A program made the translations under genes and the position numbers. Positions 15,927 to 29,469 of a stretch of 64,000 bases of DNA are shown here, one piece after another. The notes under the pieces are model-generated. The model did no database searches. It was not told the origin of the DNA and saw only the letters and a program-made list of their open reading frames with translations. Origin of the DNA: Ministeria vibrans ATCC 50519 (taxonomy: Eukaryota; Protista; Filasterea); assembly GCA_943704425.1 (NCBI GenBank), contig CALSCP010001494.1:123296-187295 (forward strand). Direction: 5' to 3'. Position 1 is the first letter of the stretch. Each line of letters begins with the position of its first letter.

Positions 15927-17086
15927 TCAATGAGAGACGGGTGAAGAAGACGAGCCCATTTGAGTACGGGCAAACTCGATGCGAAGACCACCGGAGGGAG
16001 AGTGATGAAGGGGAGGGGTGGAGGAGGATGGGACTGAAGAGAGGTCAAGGGTGGAGTTGGAGGGGGACGGGAGGTGGTGGCCCTGAAGACGAGCAAGGGC
16101 CGCCTGGGCCTGCGGAATGTCTGTGAATTCGGCAAAGCAAAGAGGTTGTCCAGCCTTCTTGTACATGCGCAGACGACGGTACCCTGAGCAACTGTAGAGA
16201 GGGGGAAAGAAAAGAAAGATCGACAAGTGTTACAAAGACGGTAAGGAACATAACGCGGGGAAAAACAAGAAGGCATGAGAATGCAAATGGGCACAAACCT
16301 GCTAAAGAGCGCTTTCAGGTGTGTATCCGAGACGTCGGAGGGGAGGTTGGCAACAAAGAGGGTGGAACAAGGGCGAGAGGAGGAGGAAGAGGTGGAGGAG
16401 GATGTGGCATCAGCTGGCTCAACCACGACGGGTGTGTCAATGTTCGCAATCGCAGTTGGAGTGGCAGCTGCGGGAGGCGTGAAAGAAGAAGGAGTAGCGG
16501 TAGAAGTGGCGAATGGTTGGGAAATGACCGTGTCTGAATTGGGAAGTTGCTTTTGTGGCTGTGGTTGTGGCTGTGGTTGTGACTGTGGCGATGAAGAAGA
16601 GAGGAAAGAGGGTGTAAGGATGTGTGTGGGTTGTTGTTGGTATTGCTGCGATGACTGTGCCGGCTGTAGGCCAAAGTGCGGCGCAGAGAAAGCACCGTTG
16701 AAGGAAGAATCGCCAAAAAGAGCAAATGAGTGGCTCTTGCGCGTAGGAGGTGGAGAGCTGGCGTTTCGTTGGGCGGCGGGAGCAGAGAAACGATGGCCAG
16801 CATCCTGACGGTGGTGATTGGTGTGCGACTCGGGAGGACCGGACTGCGGCGCATGTTGGGCGAGCGATGAGTCGGAGGCCCAGTGGTTGGGAGAGGTGGA
16901 TGTCGGGGGAGGGGTTACGGTGGTGTTGGTGGGCGAAGTGATGACGTGGGGAGCGTAGAGCGAGGAGGTAGCACCATGGCTGAGATCGGAGACGTGAACG
17001 TTGAGGGAGTGGTGCTGTTGTTGCTGTGTGGCGGGAGGTTGCACATGGTAGGGTGGGAGCTGGTGTTGTTGTTGTTGTTGTTGCTG

Positions 17087-17132
<46 letters not shown>

Positions 17133-17150
17133 GCTGGTGGTGGCGGCTGG

Positions 17151-17223
<73 letters not shown>

Positions 17224-18672
17224 GGTGGTGGTGTTGTTGTTGTTGTTGTTGGTGCTGTTGTTGGTGTTGTTGCTGCTGCTGTTGTTGGTGCTGTTGGTGT
17301 TGTGGTGAAGCAGGAGGCGGGTGCTGCTGTTGAGGTTCAGGATGTGCTTGAAGTTGTGGTTGCAAGTGGTGCTGGTACTGAAGGTGAGTGGGTTGCTGTT
17401 GTGGTTGTGTCGGGGGATAAACCGGTGGCTGCTGTTGCTGCGACTGTTGTTGTAGTTGATGTGATGGATGTGGCTGCTCAACGTGAGTAGCCATGGGCGC
17501 TGTTTGAGGGTGCTTCGCTGATGGCAACGCTGCGGTAGAGGGTGGGCCGGTAGCGAGCGAAAGCGCCTCCACATCAGTCAGAAGTGTCGAGGGAAAGAGC
17601 GCGAGGGAGACGGGAAGCGAGCCGGAACGATGGGGTGCTGCTGTCTCGTTGAAAGGTTGTGCGAGGGATCCTGTTGAGGCATTGACGCGCAATTTACGGG
17701 AATCTTCGCCAGGTCGTTTCGTCTTGGTGTTGGCACGCGCAAACTCGAGACGTAAGAAAAAGGGTACTTCAGGATCAAAGCGAATACCCTAAACGCAACC
17801 AGACGCACAAAGCACAAAAAAAAAAACAAAACTTAGCTAAACGAAGATGTCCTGGAACCACGCGAGTCGCCTTAACGGTACCTGGAGGTCTTGTTTCGCT
17901 ATTTCAGCCGCATGACGATCTCGGAACGTCGCAAAAGCAACCGGCTACGACAAGTGAAGAGTGTCAAAATCACAATGATAATCATAAACAAACGTTCGTT
18001 TTTAAAAAAAAAAAAAAAAAACCTCCGCACAAGTAAGTGGGAGAATCAAAACGAAGAATCGGGGAGATGAGTGGCTGGATGGAGGTCGATGGAAGCGCCA
18101 GGAGTGCAGAGGGCGCTGAGCGACGGCGTTGTCGGAATGTTGGTATTTTGCGACAGAAAGGGCCTTCGGGCGAAGCGCAGGCAGGAGGGCCAGACCCAGC
18201 GCCCAAAGGCGAGAGAGAGGGGGGAGGGGGGTTCAAATGGAGCTTGGTTCAGTTTTGGCGCGAGAGGTGGACGGGAAAACGAGCAGAGTGGACGGAAGGG
18301 AAAATGCGAGGCGGTGACGGAACGTGTTAGAACGAGGCTGTTTGGACAGAAGGGAGCAAATGGCAACCAAACGCGCTGGAAGAGATAACTCGGTGTCGTG
18401 CAAGGCGAGTAGGACGCGTCGCCGAGGCGCAAGTGTCGCGCGGACGACATACCAGTTTCGATGTGACGCGAAGAAGGCAATCCTCGTAGCCCGGGTACGT
18501 CCGAAAGAGCAGGTACAGTTCACGAGGCTTCACGTCCGCCGGCAGGCCCGAAACAAAGAGGGTGCGGACCTAGGGGAACGCAGAAAACACCGCAAGAGTA
18601 TTATTATCTGCCTCTCGCGCTCTCCGCCCTTCAACGCGCCCTGTCACTCACCTCGTCCATGTCGTCATCCAT
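15927..18672 (-). CDS. Two-RRM RNA-binding protein of the RBPMS/MEC-8/couch potato family, with a polyQ/H linker
   Basis: RRM1 is [24 protein letters not shown]...PVAFATF...[25 protein letters not shown]2 is [10 protein letters not shown]...LCFAEF...[12 protein letters not shown]. Confidence 0.92.
17060..17330 (-). repeat. Coding CAA/CAG/CAC trinucleotide tracts (polyQ/polyH)
   Basis: (TTG)n, (CTG)n and (GTG)n runs on the + strand, inside the large exon. Confidence 0.95.
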
Positions 18673-20319
18673 GATGGGTGGTCCCTACAATGTAGCAGCA
18701 CCTGAGAAACAATTCGACCGGCGAGACTGTTTTTTATTGACTTTTTATAATAATTTCGAAAACCAACGTTGAGAACAACCAAGCAAGAAGTCGCAGAACG
18801 ATCAGAAATTCAAAAAGTAAAAAAATTGAAAAATCTTTCTCTTCTACGATGGGCGGAACGGACTTTCCCTGGCCTATGGCGAAGCATCGAAGAGTTGCCA
18901 CTGCTCTGGGTGCTCTTACTTGGTTTTGGATTATGTGGCGAATGAAACAAGATGGCAAAACCAAACTGGTACGCCAAAACGAATGGTGGTGTGTGCCATG
19001 CTGCATGTAATGGCACTACATGGTTGTGGTGTGCTGCCCTTGCTGTGTTGCTCTTTGCGCTCCATTCTTCTTTTTTTTTTTTGACTCTTGTCCCTTTTGC
19101 TCTCTTAGGGCTTTGCACATCCTTGGGATGGGCACAAACTCCATGTATCCGAAGACTACAAGGGTCCTGAGGTGGTTCTAGGCGGAACGGAGGTGCCGTA
19201 TGTCCCGAGAATGCGCGACTAGAGCGCTCGAAAATTTGTACAAAAGAAAAACGAAAACCTCTCCTCCGTCACACTCTTGGGACGAGCTCACAAGGCAACA
19301 GTGCACGTACAATGCACTTGCAGAGACTGATCAGTGCGATGTGTCAATGGCGAACAGATCGACATGAATATTGCGTCGTTGTGTGTGCACTGTGCAGTGC
19401 CACACAAACGACTGACAAGAGATTGCCGCCAATCCCAAGGCCTCTCTGTGTTTCTGGTGGCCNNNNNNNNNNGGGGGGGGGGGGTGGGGGAGGGGGCAAT
19501 GTAGAGGCCGTAGCGGCGCCCAGCGATGAAGTGAGTCATGGCGCACAGCATGCACGTCCGATGTGTTGTCATGATGGTGCTGGTGGAGAAGGGAGAGGGT
19601 GGGAGGGGGGAATCGCTAGTTGTGCTCTTGTCTCACGTAGCAGAGATGCCCGCCTCCGCCTCGCCGTTCAAAGTTAAGCAAGTGAACGCCTCTTGAGCGA
19701 CCCCATGATGCGTATTGCCCCGTTTGTGCGCCTTTGAGTGCACTTCCTGGACGGCCCATCCAGAGCGTATTTGTTCGGTTCTGTCCCAAGACGTACTTCT
19801 GTAGCATGAGCAATTACTCATTATTTTCTTCAAGTACTATTTCACTGCCGACGCATGCACTAGGCCACAGTTTGAACTCCAGATGTTTGCATGACAACTT
19901 TTGATTAATAAAAATAACCTTGTTGAAAGGGAGAATGGTTTGCGTTTTGTTTATATGTTGAGTGGGAAGGCAAGGATGCTGACGGTTTCCGTCCTTCACG
20001 CGTTGAGGGGCGGCGGGTCTGTAGGGTAATTGGCGAGTGCTTTCACTGCATACTCGTGAAAGACATAAAGATCAAGACGCAGCCCTCTGGCATGACACCA
20101 CCGTCGCAGATGTCAGTCGTCGGAATAGGAATCATTTTCGCACCGCTACACGCCTGAGCCCACGCAGTACCCACATCCTCATGCAAGATGCACGTTGCGC
20201 CTACTGGCTACTGCTGTACGTTGCAGCACCTAAACAATGACAGGGGGGTTGCTGGGCAACACTTCAATGTCATGTGCGGCGCAGCTGCTACGTCGTGGGT
20301 TCGCCCCACGAGACCAAGG

Positions 20320-21030
20320 TGCGGTACAGTCGCTTTGCAACGAGCACCACATACTTGACACCGCAATTAATCCACATCGCCCCTTTGCGCTGCAGTGACG
20401 CGTACGACTGCAACACGCCCACCTCGACTTACACAAGAGGTACTGTAGTTCTACTGTAGCACACCTGTCCAAAAACTCAAACATCGAGCGCTTTGGTTTG
20501 GCAGCGCACCCCATAGCTGAGTACGCCGCGCTAAGCCTCGTTGCGTGGGAGTAGCGATGTAGAAGCCGAAGTCTGCCTCACGCTCTCCACCGTCGCCAGC
20601 AAGTTGGTCAATCAGCGCACCGAGAACGATGAACTGATTGGCTGCATCGATATCGGCACGGCCACGACATAGACGCACGTCGACGGGAAAAGGAACTTTC
20701 CTGTGTCTCCAGTGGATACTCGTCGAAGGTGACGAGGTCGTTAGAGGGAATGAAGCTCTTGTGCCTGATTGAGTTGAGGTTGTGGTACAGCGCGATGAGT
20801 GCGCCGACCACCAGCGCAATGTTGCTATGGTGCATACGTTGCGGTTGGCGTTGTGCGCCCGCTCGACCTTGTCCGCCGCCTCGTCAAGGGTGACGAGCCG
20901 CCATCCTGCTTGCTGTAGTGTGTCGTCCAATTTGCAAATCACAACAGTGTATGGGGGAATGGTGAGTTCTAGAGTGGTTCCCTCAATAGTAATGGCACGT
21001 CAAATCTGCAAATCGATCCCGAAACGAGGG
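20320..21030 (-). pseudogene. Decayed PD-(D/E)xK (Uma2/Crinkler-REase-like) endonuclease gene
   Basis: Fragments across frames read HSNIALVVGALI, EREADFGF and LV*VEVGVLQSYASLQRKGAMWINCGVKYVVLV. Frameshifts and an in-frame stop are present. Confidence 0.45.
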
Positions 21031-22745
21031 TAATCTGCGTCGCGACACGAAGAAACAAAAGACAAATCAGAGCAGCTGTGAGGACAATTGCAATTTTCCG
21101 TGTTGGTATGTATACCATGGGCTGTGGAAACTTGAGGCACTTCGCCACCAATTGCAGCGGACGTCATTAATGTCTCTGAAGTGGTTTTGTGTGTCTGAAA
21201 AAAAAAAGCAAAACAAAAAAGACGCTATTTCGACGGGCAAAGCGACACACAAAAGCTCAACTAACCTTGAGGGGACGTATGCTGCTCTGACTTGTACGCG
21301 TGATTGGACACGGTCGTGATGTAGTACTTGGGGTCGGCGCACTGGTGCTCTTCAGCAGAACTGTGTGCTGGAACTGTCTCATATCAAAGACGAAAAAAAA
21401 GAGAGAGTTAATACTACGTTAATCCACAAGTTCATTAGAAGACATTGAAGCACACCGTCGTCGCAAGAAGGTGGTGGCTGTACACAAGATATGGGCACTG
21501 TGCATGTGCTTACGGGCGATGGGCATTGTTCTACGGAAGAGCTGCTGTCGACCAATTGCGAGAGTGTTTATCAGCTTTTTCGAGACTCGACGGACTCTTC
21601 TTGTATCACCACAGTATAGTGAATGCTCCTTCAATGCCTTTTCAAATTTTGGTCTCTCATCGAATGGACATCGGATACAATGGTAAATTTTATCTCCAGT
21701 GATTTCGTCCCCAAAGAAAGACCACGCTTTTGCAGGAGTCTCTCTCCCCTACCGTTTCCTCCTAAACTCAACGGCGTTATATATAATGAGTTATTTGAGA
21801 CTCTATGAGTATTGATAAATAATTGAGTGGCTCAATGTTCATGGTGTAGTGAGGGTGTAGCGGCGCTGTGTTGTTAATTCAAGAATTGGAATTGGAATAA
21901 TTAATTTTAAAAATTTAAAAATTAGGTTTATTCGTTCAATCAAACTCCAACCCCACCGCACCTTTTTGCCCTACGAACTCCCTTCGTAACCCAGTTCCTC
22001 TTTGTAAGCCGAATCGAAATTGCTTTTTTGCTCAATGCTCTTGCCGGCTTTTTTCGTTCTCCCCGGACGGATTCAACGCCGCATTGCGCATCGGTTGCCG
22101 CCAAACCGGCCCGCCCTACCCATCAGACAACACGCCCTACCCCTTCTCCACGCACAACCTACACTGCGTCTTTTTTTTTTCTTTTTCTTCGTCGCTTTTT
22201 GTTCGTCTTCGCAACGCTCATTGCGTACCCTCACGCCCTGCCGTCTCCATCATCCCCGCCGCTCCTTCCATTCGTGCTTGCAGGGCATGTCGGTGCACGC
22301 ATGAGCACTCGCTGTGTGTCTTCGGCTTTTTTTTTCTCTCTTTTTCGTTCTCGTCGTTTCGCCATTTCCCTCACGTCTACGCCCTCTGTGCTTGAGCGCC
22401 ACGCCAACTTGCAGTTGCCATTGCACATGTTCACGTGGAAGTATCAGTGTGTGCGCGATGTCCGGCATATTATGTCATGATGAGTTTTTATGTTTTTTTT
22501 AAAAAAAAAAAAAAAAAAAAGAGTCGCTCTCGTGTCTCCTGTACCTTGCTCTGCTCAAGGCGCACTTCTCCCTACTGATTGAGACGTGTGGCTACCCATT
22601 GGTGCACCGATGTTCAAGTGGGAACGTTTTTTTCCCGTCTCATTCTTATTACATAACTTGTTTAACACTTATTATTATTATTATTGTTATTATAATAATA
22701 AATTTTTTATTATTTTCTCACTGTCGTCTCTTCTCGTCCAGCATC

Positions 22746-23501
22746 ATGGCCGCCACTGAAGCCCCTTCCGAAACCATCGCCTTTGTTGGAAACCTTCCGT
22801 TCTCGACGACGGAGGAGACGCTCCACGAGCTCTTCAGCGAGTCGGGCGATGTCTCCACTGCCAAGATTGTGAAGCAGGGCTCTCGGTCGCGTGGCTACGG
22901 CTTCGTTGAGTTCGCCAACGCGGACGCTCTCAACGCTGCCGTTGCCAAGTTCAACGAGCATGTTCTGGAGGACCGCTCCATCTCGGTGCAGCCTGCCAAG
23001 TCGCGCCCGCAGCTCGAGGGAGATGGTGTTGCTGCGCCCCGTCGCAAGCGCACTCGCAACCGAAAGAGTGCTGGTGCCGCCGCCGCCGCCGCCGCTGCCG
23101 AGGGCGGTGAGGCCGGTCCTTCCGAGGGTGCTGCCCCGCGTGCGTCGCGCTCGCGTCGCCGCAAGCCGACCAAGGACGCCAGCGGCGAGCCGCGTCCCCC
23201 GCGCGTCGTCGTGGCGCCCGAAGACCGCGTTGACTCCAAGACGCAGGTCTTTGTCGCCAACCTGCCCTTCTCCGTCACCGACGAGGGTCTTAAGACAGAG
23301 GTGTTTGCAGGCTTTTCGATCAAGGCGGCCAAGGTGGTCGTGAAGCGCACGGGCCGCAGCAAGGGCTTTGGCTTTGTCGACTTCAACTCGGAGGAGGAGC
23401 AGAAGCGTGCCATTGAGTCGTGCAACGGCAAGGTGGTCGACGAGCGCGAGATCCGTGTCACCGTCGCCCAGGAGCACCAGGCTATCACCCCCGCCGAGTA
23501 G
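22746..23501 (+). CDS. Two-RRM nucleic-acid-binding protein with an Arg-rich linker (Tcg1/Sbp1-like architecture), intronless CDS
   Basis: AFVGNLPF...RSRGYGFVEF and VFVANLPF...RSKGFGFVDF. Strong C/G-ending codon bias. Confidence 0.88.
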   Translation: MAATEAPSETIAFVGNLPFSTTEETLHELFSESGDVSTAKIVKQGSRSRGYGFVEFANADALNAAVAKFNEHVLEDRSISVQPAKSRPQLEGDGVAAPRRKRTRNRKSAGAAAAAAAAEGGEAGPSEGAAPRASRSRRRKPTKDASGEPRPPRVVVAPEDRVDSKTQVFVANLPFSVTDEGLKTEVFAGFSIKAAKVVVKRTGRSKGFGFVDFNSEEEQKRAIESCNGKVVDEREIRVTVAQEHQAITPAE

Positions 23502-23642
23502 GCTGGCGGTGTCTCCTGTACAGAGCTGTTCCTTTTTTCTTTGCAATGTATTTGTGCAACACCCTTTTTTTTTCTTTTTTTTTTCTACAGACCGCACTAC
23601 GTCGTTTTTTTTTATTCATCATTAATAATAATTATTGTTTAT

Positions 23643-25062
23643 TTACTTCTTTGACTTTGCAGCGGCAATCTGTTCGTTGAGGGCGGGCAAGAGCTGTCCG
23701 TTGCGCGCGAGTGCCTCGAGAAAGCGAATGATAAAGGGAATGTAGTTGTGTTTGCGCCGCTCATTCTCAATGTGGTACTGAGAGAACTTTTCTTGCTCGG
23801 CTGAAATGCGCACACGCAGACTGTCGACGCGCTCTGTTGCCGCAGCAACATCGCCATCGGGTGTCGCTTGTGCCCGTGCCAGTGCTGCCTCTGCCTCTAC
23901 CAACTCCGCCTCGGCCCGCGCCCGGATGCTGTCCACCACTGCCATGAGCGCAAAGTGGATCTCGCCCGACGCATATCGCTCCATTCGTTGCTGCACCGCC
24001 GGCCGTGCCTTCTCCAGCCAGTCGTCACCCCCGTACTCACCTACACCATATAATTAATATTCGACACACCTTTTGTGTCTCGTACCAAGGTCAATGGGCC
24101 CATCCAGCAGCCCGTCCAGCTCGTAAACGTGTCCTTTGAAGGGCAGGTACGCCACAAAATGGTATACGTCGTCGTCCTTGGTCGCACGCCTCGTCGACTG
24201 CTCCAGTGTATAGTCTTCCTGTCGTGCAAAGCTGTTGTGCACTCGTCGCATCACCTCACTGTTACTGATACACATTCCTTTCATCTACATACATATTGGT
24301 GAGTTGCATTCATCGTCGCGTCTCTGAGTTCCCGACTGCTTTTTGTGTACATAACTGCAAGTCAGTTACGTACCTCAGCTGGAAATTCGGCTGTAAACTC
24401 TTTGAATCGACTCAATTCGTCGCCCAATTCCAGGTTCTCGGCGTTGAGCAAAATGTTCAAAATGGCCTGTGTGCCACAGGCGTTTTGAATCGTCTACGGC
24501 GCAAATCAGACATTGCAATCATTCAGTGTGAGTGAACTTTTAACTTTGACTTGAGTCAAACCTGCTTGGCAAAAAACAGCCCTGGTGGTGGCTCCACTGT
24601 GCTGGCGGACGAAGACTTGGTTGCTTCGGTCCACTTGAAGAGGAAGATGAGGCCGTGGACAGGTCTGAAAATGGCAGAGAGCAACAGACAGAGAACACGG
24701 AGGTGAGTGAGTCATGAACAATCAAGTCGAAGCGGAGCAGCGTAAGCATGCGCGACGGAGCGGGGAAGCGGACGAGGGGATGGGCGATGACTATCTGTCG
24801 CGCGCGAGCGAGCTCGTCGAGTGGCNNNNNNNNNNGGGGGGGGGCACGCCGTTGTATAGCGCTCTCGTGCGCCGTGTGGTCGGACACGCGTAAGCGCAGT
24901 GGACGTGCGAGCGAGAGCAGAGCCGTACCGGACAGCTTGGAAGCTCCCTTCGTCCATCGAGTAGATTTCCTCCACCTGCGCATTTTTGACGCCAATGTTG
25001 TTGATCAGCTCAGTGAACACACCCGGATCCGACTCGATGGTGCACCAGCCAGAAGAAGACAT
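23643..25062 (-). CDS. UCHL5: Ubiquitin C-terminal hydrolase UCH37
   Basis: [28 protein letters not shown]|[33 protein letters not shown] and [13 protein letters not shown]. Confidence 0.97.
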
Positions 25063-25134
25063 AATGGACGGATGAAAAATATGATTATTATTCGAATAAT
25101 CAATAAATTCAGTAATTTACTTTCTTTTTACGCC

Positions 25135-25772
25135 ATGAGTGCTATGGAAGACGATGAGTACATGGGCGAGGTAAGTCGAGCTATCCCTCAAAACCAGATT
25201 GCTCCTTCAGCCTCTTGATATTCTTCCTCTTGTCATTGTCTCACTGGTTGTGTATAGCGCGAACCTCTTTCGCCAGCTGAATCACTGCCCACAGCGATGC
25301 TGGTACGAATGCGTTCTCAGGCTACAGTCGAGAGAGCACCACACACATACATACACACACACACACATACAAATAATATTTTATCGTTGGTTGAGCTGTT
25401 CGTTTTTCGCTTCGTCTCTTTTCACAGACGGATTCCGTCGATGCAGCGCCCCTGCAGCAGCCAGCCGCCGACAAGCTGCTTGTTGAAGACCACTCTCTGG
25501 TACGGCGTCATCTGTGCGACGTGCCTGGCTCCACAGCACACACACACACACACTAACTGTTTCGCTTTCCCTTCATCTGCGCAAAGGATCTCGAAATGTA
25601 CATTGCGAACTACCAGGGACCCACAAAGGTTGCTCGCCTTCAGCACATCGCCTCAGTCTGTCCATCTCTGGCAGTAAGTGTTCAATCCCATTATTGTGTC
25701 ATTTTGTGTGTGTGTGTCTGTGTTGCATTAGTACTCTTCCTGTCACTTTGTACTTTGTTTCTTTCTTCTCTC

Positions 25773-25861
<89 letters not shown>

Positions 25862-26871
25862 CACACACACTTTCTTTCTCCCTCCTTTCTATCACTTTGT
25901 TTCTTTCTCCCTCCTTTCTATCACTTTGTTCTTTCTCTCTCCTTTCTCTCTCTATCACTGTGCCTTATCCATTTTGAACATTTTTTTACTTCTTCTTGTC
26001 CCTTTGTTTCTTTCTTACCTCTCTTCTTTGTCCTCTCTCTCTCTCTCTCGCTTGTAGGTTGATGCCTTGCGAATGGCCGCACGTGATCTGAAGAATACAG
26101 TCAACACCGCTCAGTATGTGCGTATCATTGAATTGCTCTATGCAACCCTGTAAGTTGAACATGTTGTTGCGTTTTCTTCACGTTTACTCAATGCACTTTC
26201 TTGTTTGCAGTGCCAACGCTAATGTAACTCCTGCCGCCGAAGACCAGTTAGATCATGCCTGGGTCGAATCTGTCAACAGAAAGGTGCATCTATGCAGCTT
26301 TTGTCTTTGTTCATCTTTTGTCCACATTGTGTAGGCGAATGCAACACTGGTACGACTCAACGACGAACTCAAATCGTACCGCAACACATCGATCAAGGAG
26401 AGCATTCGCTTGGGTTCCACCGAGATTGGCAACTTCCAGTATGCACGTGGGGACTATGGCGAGGCAGGCAAGTCGTACATGCGCACTCGCGACAACTGCA
26501 CCACTCCCATCCACATTGCCGAGCTCTGCCTCAACGTCATGCGTGTCGGCATCCAACAGCGTGCCTGGCAGCAGGTTATGAGCTACGTCAAGAGGGCTGA
26601 GACAACTCCGGGCGTGCCTACTTCCTCTCCCGAACTCGCGTACCTCCTGAAGGTACAAAGACGAAAAAAGAACGAAAAAATGTTCGATCGCGACTCATTA
26701 ACTCTCCTCTCTTGCATGTGCAGTGTTGTGCTGGTCTTGCGTCGCTCTCCTGCAGTTCGTATCGTCAAGCAGCCGTTGCATTCCTCGAGGCCAAAATTGA
26801 TCCTTCCATTTCTTCTCCTTCCGAGTTCTTCTCCTTCCAGGTTCGCTTCTTTTTCTTTCATATGCACACAC

Positions 26872-26908
<37 letters not shown>

Positions 26909-28495
26909 GAAAGAAACAAAGTGATAGAGAGAGAGGAAGAAAGAAACAAAGTGATAGAGAGAGAGAGGAAGAAAGAAACAAAGTGATAGAGAGAGAGGAA
27001 GAAAGAAACAATGTGATAGAGAGAGAGAGAGAGAGAAAGGAGGGAGAAAGAAACAAAGCGATAGAGGGAGTTGGAAGAAATGAGATAGAGAGAAACAAAG
27101 TGATAGAGCGAGAGAGAAAAAGAGAGAGGGAGTAAGACACACACACCACTCATTTATACACTTCTTAACGTTTTTGTGCGGGTTTCTTTTCTTGTCATGT
27201 AGGACATTGCAGTTTACAGTGTCCTCTGTGCCCTTTCCACCTTCACACGACCCGAAATCAAGCGCCGCCTCATTGAGAATCCTTCCTTCAAAGGATTCCT
27301 AGAATACTCTCCAGAGGTAACTTATTTGTTTTTGCTATTGTCCTTTTTTTTAAAAGGGGTTCTTTCTCACCGCTCAATGGCACACTCACTCTATCTATCG
27401 CCTTTCAATCAATATGAAACAACCCACTCGCAATATATTTGTCAATGAGAGCGAAAGAGAGTCCATATGAGCGAAGATTAAAAACAAATCAAAATATATA
27501 TTTCCGTTTGTTCCACTGCAATCAACTCAGCTGAGATAAATTCCTTCCCTTTGAATACATTATCTCAGTCCCCACAACAGTGGAAACAAGAAGACAACAA
27601 CAACAAAAAAATACCATCTCCTGTTTTCTAATAATAATTGATAATCTTTTGTGCTATTATTTTGTCTATTAGAGCCGCGAGATCCTGATGGGCTTCTACT
27701 CGTCACAGTACTCGTCAATGTTTCGTGCAATCAGCAAAGTTCGCGTAAGAACATACAAAGAAGGGATTTCTATTTTGTAATAATTTCTTCTTGTCATAGT
27801 CCAATTGGCTTTTGGATGTGTATCTTGCGTCTCACGTTGAAACGGTTCGTACTGATAATTTATGTCAAGAAGTATAATACTAATAATAATTCGTATATTA
27901 ATATTGCTTTGGAACGCGACAGCTTTTGGGCTCGATCCGCACGAAAGCTATTGTGCAATACACATCTCCCTTTGTTACGATTGACATGAGTCGCATGGCG
28001 GACTCGTTTGCTTGTGATGTCAGTGCTCTCGAACAAGGTAAACAGCGTGAAAATAAGTCATAACAACAACGGATGAACAACCCTTTATGTCGTATATATG
28101 CGTGTGTAGAACTTACTGCGCTGATTATGAGTGGGAATATTTCTGCGCGCATCGACTCACACAAGAAAGTGCTGATTGCGCGTGAAGTGAACGATCGCGG
28201 CGCAACGTATTCCAAGGCACTCGCAGCCGGCGAAGCCTATCAGGTATGCAACGTACATAAATAATATCATTGTGGTTTTGATCGCAATGGTTAGCGGGAG
28301 GTGCGGGCCATTCTGCTGCGCATCTCGATGATTCAAGAGGACAAGACGGTGCGCGCCAAGGGACGGGATGTGTCTGACTTTGATGAGTTGACCAGTCGTG
28401 AGACGATGATGCGTGTACGTGGACGAGCCCACCCGCGACGTACTGGCGATAGAAGTGGTCTTTTCGGGGAACGCTTGGCGAATTCCGATATGTGA
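25135..28495 (+). CDS. GPS1: COP9 signalosome subunit 1 (CSN1)
   Basis: DLEMYIANYQG..KVARLQHIA..CP, ELKSYRNTSIKESIR, YMRTRDNCT, LDVYLASHV, IR.KAIVQY.SPF and ISARIDSHKKVL (PCI domain). More than 12 exons. Confidence 0.95.
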
Positions 28496-28614
28496 TGAGA
28501 CCAAAAAAAACAACAAAAAAGTGAAAGTAATACACATTTAAACTAATTGATAGTAGTGCGCGGTTGAAAGGAAACCAACCCCATTCGTATTGTACAACGT
28601 CGAAAAGGCTCAAC

Positions 28615-29469
28615 TCAAACGGTGTGCTTTTGGACAGTACATCGCCAGGTGGCAATGTCAGGAAGATGGTCAAGGACTGGACAGTGTGGTCGTGGATGTG
28701 AAACGTAGTTGTCGCGATGCTCAGTCGAGCGTGCCAGTGACGCATGAGGCCCAAAAGCCTTGACGTGTGGGCGTACCACAACTTGTGTGTCGGGTCTTGA
28801 CTGGACGTAGGGACGGTACTCGTGGGTGTACATCGAGTCGCCATGTAGTGGTGGGAGTGGGCTGCGCTCATCGAGCACACGGCGTCGCCGTGTTTCCAAA
28901 GGCTGCACTCCAAAATCTTGCTGTGTGGTGGACACACCGTAAAAGGGTCTCCCGCTAAAATCACCAGTAGACAGAGGGCGTGCGCGGGCAGGTGTCGCTC
29001 CGTGATATGGCACATAATCGGCGCGATGCGTTGTCAGGCGGGCGCACCCTGGAAGCTCACCACGTAGCTCCGCTGGACGTAGCCGTTCGACAGGGCAAAC
29101 GCGAGGTACATACTCTGACAAGTACTCGGTCGACGTTTCGGACGGGCCAGCGCGGAAGGGAGGCTGGGTCATGAGTTGGAAAGGAGTGCAAACAACAACA
29201 AGCCGTTGTCATGGACACACAAAATTTCATTTCCTGCGTACCTGCTTATGACGAGGCCCACGCGACGTCACGCGATGTGCTGGATAGTCAGTGACATAAG
29301 TACTACTTCGGCAAACCTCGGGAACGCGCTCTGGGTGAAGTGAGCAGCGGTGCCGACCGCAAGTGCAAATAGCACACATGCAAATTGCGGTGGCGCTCCG
29401 GGTATGAGGTCTATCAAATCTAGAGCCGCGTGTACGTATATTCCGTCTACTATAATCATCAGACGACAT
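28615..29469 (-). CDS. SAXO/FAM154-like axonemal microtubule-stabilising protein
   Basis: N-terminal CMCAICTCGRHRC and repeated Mn-type motifs (STYVTDY, TTHRADY, STTQQDF, SMYTHEY, TEHRDNY). One intron at about 29175-29240. Confidence 0.8.

Noticed and set aside
18734-20300. Short ORFs upstream of the RBPMS-like gene
   Set aside because: No recognisable domain or consistent splice pattern; left unassigned.
22710-23597. Long antisense and alternate-frame ORFs over the RRM gene, MSH1 and the EGF arrays
   Set aside because: They are shadows of GC-biased codon usage and repeats, with no recognisable motifs.
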